A DNA stretch of 46,184 bases from an uncultured Bacilli bacterium. Lineage in GTDB: Bacteria; Bacillota_I; Bacilli_A; RF39; UBA660. The notes below the pieces were generated by a model. It was not told where the DNA came from. It did not search any database and worked only from the letters and a program-made list of their open reading frames with translations. This document shows positions 16,280-23,380 of this stretch, in pieces. How positions within the stretch are numbered: position 1 is the stretch's first letter; the number at the start of each line of letters is the position of its first letter. Position numbers and translations under genes: made by a program. The stretch is taken from contig CANRBR010000002.1 of assembly GCA_947628915.1 (NCBI GenBank), forward strand, positions 1-46,184, given 5' to 3'.

Positions 16280-16975
16280 TCATTTTATTGGGAAAAAGAA
16301 CTCCCCTGATATATATTTTTCTATTTTCATTTTATTAATTTCATCGGAAAAACAATTATTTGAAATTAAATTTGTATAATAAATATTAGAAAATACATCT
16401 GCTATTTGTATTAATTCTCTGTTTTCAGATTGACAATATTCAACATAAAATTCTTCTTGGATATGACTTCCTGTAACTAATTCTGTATTTAAATATTCAC
16501 CTAATGTTGACCTTGTTTCAGTTCTAACATTCCTCTCATCAATAAATAGATAGTTTTCTTTGACAGATATTTGTTTATTCTTAGTAAAATGTTCAAAGCT
16601 TAATTTTAAAAGATAATTAAATGCTCTTGCAGTATTATTATAAAAATAATCTTTGACTTTTTTATTGTCACATATAATATAATATATTTCAAATAATTCA
16701 TTTTGGCAAAAGAAGTTGACAAATTTTCTTTTCATATTAGCATTGAAACAATTCCCTTTTAATTCTTTAAATTTCCCATTATCATAGAACATTTTATTTT
16801 CTTTATCCATCTTTTTTAAATTGTTAAAATTACTGCTTATAAATCTTTTAAAAACTCTTTTTAATTTATCTTTATTTTTAGGCATTATAATACAGATGAC
16901 AAAATATTTGTTTTTGTAATAGTTTAGATATTTTTTAGTCATACTTCCAGATTCATCTATATAAAATGTGTTAAT
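16280..16975 (-). CDS. DUF3800 family protein. The coding region extends 5' of the track ATG, with a probable non-canonical ATT start
   Basis: The track ORF is 16280..16942. In frame just upstream are the codons ATT AAC ACA TTT TAT ATA GAT GAA TCT GGA AGT, giving INTFYIDESGS. This is the family-defining N-terminal DES motif, and the QxxD motif is present as LIQIADV. A TGA lies at 16981..16979. Confidence 0.7.
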   Translation of the reverse strand: MNTFYIDESGSMTKKYLNYYKNKYFVICIIMPKNKDKLKRVFKRFISSNFNNLKKMDKENKMFYDNGKFKELKGNCFNANMKRKFVNFFCQNELFEIYYIICDNKKVKDYFYNNTARAFNYLLKLSFEHFTKNKQISVKENYLFIDERNVRTETRSTLGEYLNTELVTGSHIQEEFYVEYCQSENRELIQIADVFSNIYYTNLISNNCFSDEINKMKIEKYISGEFFFPIK

Positions 16976-17094
16976 ACTTCACCACCACCAATAAGATTAT
17001 ATCATATACTGATAAATATTATCTATAAATTAAACTATTAATTTAAATTTTTTTTGTGTGTGCTACAAAATATTTTAACGATACTCTTAATAAC

Positions 17095-17127
17095 GAAAAA
17101 ACCTAGAAATATCAACAATTTCTAGGC
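17095..17127 (-). terminator. Intrinsic terminator of the rplM-rpsI operon
   Basis: 9-bp stem CCUAGAAAU/AUUUCUAGG followed by a U6 run on the minus strand, 18 nt after the rpsI stop. Confidence 0.7.
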
Positions 17128-17144
17128 TTTTAAAACTGTAAAAA

Positions 17145-17558
17145 TTAACGTTTTGAGAATTGAGGTGCACGACGAGCAGCTTTTAAACCTGGTTTCTTAC
17201 GTTCTTTAGCTCTTGGGTCACGAGTAACAAGTCCAGCTTTCTTTAATATTTTTCTATAACTATCTTCGTTTGCTTCATTTGCCTTATCATATTCAAGTAA
17301 AGCACGAGTTATACCTAAACGGATTGCTCCTGTTTGACCGCTTGCTCCACCACCAGATACTTTAACTTCTATATCGAAAGTGTTTTCATTATTTGTAGCT
17401 ACTAAAGGTTGTTTTAAATCCATTACATAAGTTGCATATGGCATAAATTCATTAACATCTACACCATTAACAGTTATTTTACCACTTCCAGCAGTCATTT
17501 TAACTTGAGCAATTGAAGACTTTCTTCTTCCTGTTCCTATAAATACTTTCTTTGCCAT
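17145..17558 (-). CDS. rpsI: 30S ribosomal protein S9
   Basis: 137-aa ORF with GTGRRKSSIAQV near the N-terminus and the C-terminus ...KKPGLKAARRAPQFSKR. Confidence 0.97.
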   Translation of the reverse strand: MAKKVFIGTGRRKSSIAQVKMTAGSGKITVNGVDVNEFMPYATYVMDLKQPLVATNNENTFDIEVKVSGGGASGQTGAIRLGITRALLEYDKANEANEDSYRKILKKAGLVTRDPRAKERKKPGLKAARRAPQFSKR

Positions 17559-17569
17559 GTCTTCCCTCC

Positions 17570-18004
17570 TTATTTAACTTTCATTTCTACTGGCTTTTGT
17601 GCCATATGAGGATGTTCACTACCCTCATAAACAAATAATTTCTTAATTACTTGTCTACCTAATCTAGTGTGAGGTATCATACCTTTAACAGCTCTTTCAA
17701 TCATCTCAACTGGATAATTTTCTCTCATCTCTTTTGCAGTTCTTTCTCTTAATCCTCCAGTATAACCTGAATGGTTATAATAAATTTTATCTTCTAATTT
17801 ATTTCCTGTTAGATTAACTTTTGAAGCATTAATTACTATTACATAATCTCCACAATCGATATGTGGTGTGTAAGTAGGTTTATGCTTTCCGCGTAAAACA
17901 TCTGCTACTTTAGTTGCTAGGCGTCCTAAACTAACACCTTCAGCATCTATAACATACCAATTACGCTCTACTGTTTCTTTTTTTTGCATAAATGAATTTT
18001 TCAT
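17570..18004 (-). CDS. rplM: 50S ribosomal protein L13
   Basis: [18 protein letters not shown] is characteristic. Start set at [10 protein letters not shown] (18004, SD GGAGAAAGG). The track's 24-aa 5' extension lacks an SD. Confidence 0.95.
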   Translation of the reverse strand: MKNSFMQKKETVERNWYVIDAEGVSLGRLATKVADVLRGKHKPTYTPHIDCGDYVIVINASKVNLTGNKLEDKIYYNHSGYTGGLRERTAKEMRENYPVEMIERAVKGMIPHTRLGRQVIKKLFVYEGSEHPHMAQKPVEMKVK

Positions 18005-18081
18005 AAATTTTTCCTTTCTCCAATACATATAGCAAGTTTTCCCAAGACTTACTAAATGTGGGATTAAATGTACCAACTAAA

Positions 18082-18110
18082 ATAATACTAAAAAATACTA
18101 AAAAAGTCAA
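18082..18110 (-). promoter_or_regulatory. Predicted promoter of rplM-rpsI, followed by a ~70-nt leader
   Basis: TTGACT-17 nt-TATTAT on the minus strand. The leader at 18005..18075 could be an L13-type autoregulatory leader, which I cannot verify. Confidence 0.45.
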
Positions 18111-18147
18111 TAAAAATATATTATTTTATTAACTTTTTATTACTATT

Positions 18148-19152
18148 TTACTCAAAATAATCAAGTTTCATATTCTCTCTTACACGCTTCATTACTTCTT
18201 CTGCTTTTTTCTTTGTTGCCTCTGTACCTTCTTTTAATATTCTATCTACTTCATCAGGTCTATCTTCATAATATTTACGTCTCTCTTGTATTGGTTTTAA
18301 AAATTCTATAATATTACGAGCAAGTTCTTTTTTACAAAATACACAGCCTCTTTCACCCTTTTTACATTCGCTGCACACATCCTCTATATTTGGATTTTTA
18401 ATTAATTGGTGGTAGTAATATACCATACAAATATCAGGATTTGCAGGGTCATCTTTTCTAAGTTTATTAGGATCTGTTTTTGCGTCCATTACTTTTTTAG
18501 TAATAGTTTCCTCATCATCTGATAAATATATGCAGTTGTTAAGTGATTTACTCATTTTCTCATTTCCATCTAAGCCTTTAATTCTAGGATTTTTACTAAG
18601 TACTGCTTCTGGAACATTAAATGTATCTCCATATATTTTATTAAACTTCCTAACTATTTCTCTTGCTTGTTCTAGGTGTGGCAACTGGTCGTCTCCAACA
18701 GGTACTATATTTGCATTAACACATGCAATATCTGCTGCCTGAGATACTGGATAACCTAAAAATCCATAAGTAATACTTTCCCCATCGTTACCAAATAATT
18801 CTTTTTTTTGAGCAACTTCAAACTTAGTAGTCGGATTTCTAAATAGACGAGATACTGACACTAAATTAGAAAAGTATACTGTTAGTTCTGCTGTTTCAGG
18901 AATAAGTGATTGAATATATATGTGTGATTGTTTTGGATCTATTCCAGCAGCAAGATAATCAAGAGCAACTTCACGGACATTATCTCTAACTTTCTTTGGA
19001 TTATCAAAGTTATCTGTAAGAGCTTGAACATCTGCTATTAATATATAAGTATCATAATCATACTGCATCTTTACTCTATTTTCTAATGATCCGAAATAGT
19101 GTCCTAAATGAAGTCTTCCCGTAGGTCTATCTCCTGTAAGTATCGTTTTCAT
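18148..19152 (-). CDS. trpS: Tryptophan--tRNA ligase
   Basis: 334-aa ORF with HIGH-type motif GRLHLGHYFG, KMSKS, and a Cys cluster C242/C260/C263/C270/C273. Confidence 0.95.
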   Translation of the reverse strand: MKTILTGDRPTGRLHLGHYFGSLENRVKMQYDYDTYILIADVQALTDNFDNPKKVRDNVREVALDYLAAGIDPKQSHIYIQSLIPETAELTVYFSNLVSVSRLFRNPTTKFEVAQKKELFGNDGESITYGFLGYPVSQAADIACVNANIVPVGDDQLPHLEQAREIVRKFNKIYGDTFNVPEAVLSKNPRIKGLDGNEKMSKSLNNCIYLSDDEETITKKVMDAKTDPNKLRKDDPANPDICMVYYYHQLIKNPNIEDVCSECKKGERGCVFCKKELARNIIEFLKPIQERRKYYEDRPDEVDRILKEGTEATKKKAEEVMKRVRENMKLDYFE

Positions 19153-19161
19153 AAGTCCTCC

Positions 19162-20352
19162 TTAATCTATATAATATTTTATCGTATCGTTAAACTCTAA
19201 TTCAGAGTTTTCAAGTATTGTTTTTATTCCAACAGAATCGCTATAATAATAAAGTTTATTCTTATATATATAATATAAGTAATTATCATTAAATTTTATA
19301 TCAGTTGTTGGAACATCTAGTAGATATTTATAAACATCTATATTATTTTTATCTACTCTATAAAGTTTATATGATATACCATCTTTTTTAAATAGATAGT
19401 AATATTCATCTGACTCTTTTACTAAATCATAATCAGTGAAATAATTATCTAGTGTTTCATAGTTAAAATATATCTCGTTATTTGCTTTAGTTTTATTCAT
19501 CTTTTCCCATTTTTTATTGTTATAGTACTTGATATATTTATCACTAGATACTAATTTTATTTTATTATTTTCTATATCTATCTCATATTGGTTTTCATTA
19601 TCTCTATCGTATATGTATAATCTATCATCAACTATACCTTCTATATAAGAATCATATGAAATATCTATTTTTGATTCTAACTTTTTAATCTCTTTTGTAT
19701 TTAGATTAACTATATAAAAATATTTAAATGTAAAATTACTTTCATAATCTGCTGTTATATAATATCCATTAATAAATGCATTTAATTTATTATTGTATAT
19801 ATCTTTTTCAAATAGTTTAACACTCTCTCCATTTATTAATAAACCATTATATGTAGTTATTGTAGTTGTTTTATCAAAATTATCAAATGTATTATATTTT
19901 ACTGTACCTACTATTTTAGTATCAAGAATTGTGTTATTAAAGTTATTACTATTATATAAATCTATGGATTCTACATATTTATCTAAATCGCTAAACTCTC
20001 CTTTAATAGAGTTATAATCATATAATATACCATCTTTAAAGCACATCATATCTGTATATAAAGAACTCTCTATAACAGGCAATACACATTCTACACTATC
20101 ATCTTTATATATAAATGCATTCTTTATAATTTTATTTTTATTTAAATTTTTATATATTCTAAAAGGATATACTTTCTTATTAAAAGTAAGTTCTATATAA
20201 TAATTATCTTTGTAATATTCTTTTATATTTATTTTATTATTATCTATATTTAATTTATAAGTAATACTATTAAAGTTTAATATTTGCTTTAATACAATTA
20301 TTAAAATAATTAATACTATAAGCAATATAAGCAATTTATATTTTTTATTCAT
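19162..20352 (-). CDS. Membrane-anchored hypothetical protein (N/Y/K-rich, repeated aromatic strand-like motifs; possible beta-propeller)
   Basis: 396-aa ORF with an N-terminal TM helix. Recurring motifs include RLYIYDRDN, EYYYLFKKDG, NYLYYIYKNKLYYYSD. It ends 9 nt before the trpS start. Confidence 0.55.
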   Translation of the reverse strand: MNKKYKLLILLIVLIILIIVLKQILNFNSITYKLNIDNNKINIKEYYKDNYYIELTFNKKVYPFRIYKNLNKNKIIKNAFIYKDDSVECVLPVIESSLYTDMMCFKDGILYDYNSIKGEFSDLDKYVESIDLYNSNNFNNTILDTKIVGTVKYNTFDNFDKTTTITTYNGLLINGESVKLFEKDIYNNKLNAFINGYYITADYESNFTFKYFYIVNLNTKEIKKLESKIDISYDSYIEGIVDDRLYIYDRDNENQYEIDIENNKIKLVSSDKYIKYYNNKKWEKMNKTKANNEIYFNYETLDNYFTDYDLVKESDEYYYLFKKDGISYKLYRVDKNNIDVYKYLLDVPTTDIKFNDNYLYYIYKNKLYYYSDSVGIKTILENSELEFNDTIKYYID

Positions 20353-20374
20353 AATACACCATACTACAAATTAA

Positions 20375-20818
20375 TTATTTATTTTCTGCATTTAAATTAT
20401 ATTTTCTTTTTTCACTCATCATGTATTCAGTAATCTCAGTTTCAATATCGTCCATAGCACGCTTAGATATATTAGATAAAAGTACTGTCTCTTTTACTGT
20501 ATCTATAAAAAGTCTTCCCCAAATAATTCCAGTATTTACTGTTAAATCATTAAACATATCTGGTGTGATTGCAAGATAAGTATATCCAAAGAATACTCTT
20601 TTTTGAGCGAGTAATATTCTTTTATTTGTTAGTGCGACTACAAATGTAGAAAATATATCTATAGATGATAATCCTTTTTGAGCAGCAAAAACAAACTTTA
20701 CTTCCTCTCCAGGATTTAAATACTTTTCTATAACTTTAGAGTGAGCCTTTAATCGCCAAGCAACAGTACCTGGATATTTATTTTTAAATTCTCTAACCAT
20801 TTCATAAACGCTTTTCAT
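20375..20818 (-). CDS. Bacterial PH-domain-like protein (YokE/bPH-like)
   Basis: 147-aa ORF. The pattern EEVKFVFAAQ...TNKRILLAQKR...ITPDMFNDLTV...GIIWGRLFID resembles bacterial PH-domain families. Assigned from memory only. Confidence 0.5.
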   Translation of the reverse strand: MKSVYEMVREFKNKYPGTVAWRLKAHSKVIEKYLNPGEEVKFVFAAQKGLSSIDIFSTFVVALTNKRILLAQKRVFFGYTYLAITPDMFNDLTVNTGIIWGRLFIDTVKETVLLSNISKRAMDDIETEITEYMMSEKRKYNLNAENK

Positions 20819-20864
20819 AACATCACCTAACTATTATTATATCAAATATATTAAAATTATCAAC

Positions 20865-20895
20865 AAAAAAATAGTATAACTTTACGCTATACTAT
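20865..20895 (-). terminator. Putative terminator overlapping the stop of the double-thioredoxin gene
   Basis: Stem AUAGUAUA/UAUACUAU followed by a U7 run on the minus strand. Confidence 0.45.
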
Positions 20896-21749
20896 GATTC
20901 TTTAATAAATCCTGCCTTAGTAAATTCTCTTACCAACTGTGAAATAGTTCTTTCGCCAGAGAAATAACTACTTACTTTATTATTTTTTACAATTAGTATT
21001 AATGGTGTGCCTATTGAACCATCATTTACATAGTCTTCATCATCATAACCAATAGTTCCTAAACTCTTAAAGAATTTACCATTTTCATCATCAGTCATAT
21101 CATCCATAGTTAAATAATTAATAGTAATATTATAGTCGCCAGCTACAGAATTAAGAGCAGGTTTAATTGCTTGACAGTGTGGACAAGTAGTTGAACCAAC
21201 AACTATTATATGGTCCTTTTTATCGCTAATTAACTTAGTATATTCATCGTAATTAATGAATGTTATATTCTTTTCAGCACCATATTCTGCATCTTCAGGA
21301 AGTACTCCAGCACCTTTTAAGAATTCTACATACTCTTCACCTTCAACATATCCAGTTTCTGTATCGATAACTTTGCCATTTTCTACTACTACAGTAGTTG
21401 GAGTAGAGTGTTTTGGCATTTCTAGTTTTTCAAGTAACTCATTTCTTTGTTTTTTAGCTAGTTTAGATGTATCTACATAGTAGTAATCCATGTCGTACTC
21501 TTCTGATATAGACTCAAGTATTGGAGTTAACATAGAACACCAACTACATTCTGTACTTGCATAATAAATAACTGTTCTTTCTTTTGAGTTAAATGCTTTA
21601 TTAAATCCTTCCATTATCTCATCTTGTTCACTATTAGTAATTGTTCCATTACTTTTCAAAGTATCGACTACAAATATTCCTATTAACACTAGTGCGACTA
21701 CTGATAATACTACCGTTAATATAATTGATATTTTCTTTTCTTTTGACAT
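20892..21749 (-). CDS. Membrane-anchored protein with two thioredoxin-fold domains
   Basis: 285-aa ORF with an N-terminal TM helix and two CxxC active sites (CSWC and CPHC), each in a Trx-like context. Confidence 0.75.
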   Translation of the reverse strand: MSKEKKISIILTVVLSVVALVLIGIFVVDTLKSNGTITNSEQDEIMEGFNKAFNSKERTVIYYASTECSWCSMLTPILESISEEYDMDYYYVDTSKLAKKQRNELLEKLEMPKHSTPTTVVVENGKVIDTETGYVEGEEYVEFLKGAGVLPEDAEYGAEKNITFINYDEYTKLISDKKDHIIVVGSTTCPHCQAIKPALNSVAGDYNITINYLTMDDMTDDENGKFFKSLGTIGYDDEDYVNDGSIGTPLILIVKNNKVSSYFSGERTISQLVREFTKAGFIKES

Positions 21750-21822
21750 ATAAATCCTTCTTTCTTGTTACAAACTAATTATATCATATTTTTGTTACTT
21801 TCTACAACAATATCCTCATATT

Positions 21823-22344
21823 TTAATTGTTTAATTCATTATTTACTTCGATTATTTCAATATTTTTTATAAACCAATTATTATCAGATATTTGGTTTGA
21901 CAATTCAAAATCCCATGTAGGTATAGAACCATCGTCCTCAAACTCTATATATGTTTTAGGATATGACGAATCTACACTATCAAATATATAATCGTGTTGT
22001 AAACTATCAATATGTATTCTAACTTTATAAGGTTGTGTGTTTAATTTGATTGCGTTTATCAAATCAAAATAAGAAACATATTCTCCAACACTAAATAAAT
22101 ACGGTGAGATAACTTTAATATTCTCTTTAAAGAAGTCATCTTCTGTAATATTTAAATTCAAATAAGACTCATACTCTTCATAAAATGATAAACTTTCCTT
22201 TGTAGGAACGATATAATAAATGTTATATTTTAAATTAAACTCAAAAAGCAATTCTCTATTTTCATCTATTTGTAACAAAATTTTATTAGGTTGCTTTTTA
22301 GTTTTTACAAGCAAAATTAAATCATAATAAGATATATTCTTCAT
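21823..22344 (-). CDS. Hypothetical protein made of two tandem ~85-aa repeats
   Basis: Start taken at the ATG at 22344 (MKNISYY); the track uses the TTG at 22356. Repeat 1 ISYYDLILLVKTKKQPNKILLQID...FFKENIKVI parallels repeat 2 VSYFDLINAIKLNTQPYKVRIHID...WFIKNIEII. Confidence 0.55.
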   Translation of the reverse strand: MKNISYYDLILLVKTKKQPNKILLQIDENRELLFEFNLKYNIYYIVPTKESLSFYEEYESYLNLNITEDDFFKENIKVISPYLFSVGEYVSYFDLINAIKLNTQPYKVRIHIDSLQHDYIFDSVDSSYPKTYIEFEDDGSIPTWDFELSNQISDNNWFIKNIEIIEVNNELNN

Positions 22345-22432
22345 TAAATCACCCAATCATCAGGAATCGCATAAATCAGCTTTAATATCAACAGCCATTG
22401 CAACCAACACATTTTTCTTTAATTTTTTTAAA

Positions 22433-23317
22433 TCAAAGTTTTCTTTGTTCAATCAACTTATTTTCATTAACTTGCTTTTGCAATAACTCTAAATCTTTAA
22501 GGCTTTTATTATCTTTTAATGCTTCCATTTGTCTTCTTGCTGAATTATTTAATCTAATAAGTCTTTCTCTTTGAGGGACTTTTTCTTCTATCAATAGAGC
22601 ATTAGTATTTTGTAAATTATTTAATATTACTAGGTGTAATAAATCTGTATAATCTCTAATATTGCCTTTTAAGTTAGGATTCTTATCTCTCCATTCTTTA
22701 GCAGTCATCCCAAATAATGCTACATTCAATACATCAGCTTCTTCTGCATACACAAATTGTTTTTGTTTTTCAGTTAAAGTTGGAACTATGCATTTCTTAA
22801 TTGCATCTGTATGAACAACATAATTAACTTTTGATAAAAGTCTAGTTGCACTCCACTCAACTTTATATTGATAAGCTTCATTTGTTTTTAATCTTTCGAA
22901 TTCAGTTATTAAGTATAATTTAAATTCTGGTGACAACCAACTTGCAAACTCAAAAGCAATATCTGGATGAGCAAAAGTTCCACCATTATATCTTCCTTGT
23001 TTTGAAATTACGCCAATGGCATTTGTTGATGTAATCCATTTTTTTGGAGTCATCACAAAAGCGTTTGTCCCTGACTCATTTTTAAACCCATCGAATTCGA
23101 CGGAATTAAAATTTGGATTATTTATATTCTCCCACGTTCCTAAGAAAAGAATTGTATTTGTAGTTCTCATCCAGTTTTGAATTATATAGTCAGTTCTTTC
23201 TTTATCTTTATATCGTGCTAAATCGGTCAAAGAAATATAATTTACATTACCAACTCGCATTATTCCAATTTTATTTTCTTTTACAACAATTTCAGTTGTT
23301 ATTATATCTGTTTTCAT
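22433..23317 (-). CDS. KilA-N domain-containing protein
   Basis: 294-aa ORF. The N-terminal region NYISLTDLARYKD...IQNWMR...GTFAHPDIAFEFASWLSPEFKLYL is typical of KilA-N DNA-binding domains. Strong SD AGAGGGGGA. Confidence 0.75.
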   Translation of the reverse strand: MKTDIITTEIVVKENKIGIMRVGNVNYISLTDLARYKDKERTDYIIQNWMRTTNTILFLGTWENINNPNFNSVEFDGFKNESGTNAFVMTPKKWITSTNAIGVISKQGRYNGGTFAHPDIAFEFASWLSPEFKLYLITEFERLKTNEAYQYKVEWSATRLLSKVNYVVHTDAIKKCIVPTLTEKQKQFVYAEEADVLNVALFGMTAKEWRDKNPNLKGNIRDYTDLLHLVILNNLQNTNALLIEEKVPQRERLIRLNNSARRQMEALKDNKSLKDLELLQKQVNENKLIEQRKL

Positions 23318-23380
23318 TCTAATCCCCCTCTTTATGTCTGGTAGTGTGCATAGCTTGTATACGCAATACTTGTTTTTCCT

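Noticed and set aside
19153-19161. I looked for a T-box leader upstream of trpS.
   Set aside because: Only 9 nt separate trpS from the preceding ORF, and no specifier or T-box sequence is possible there.
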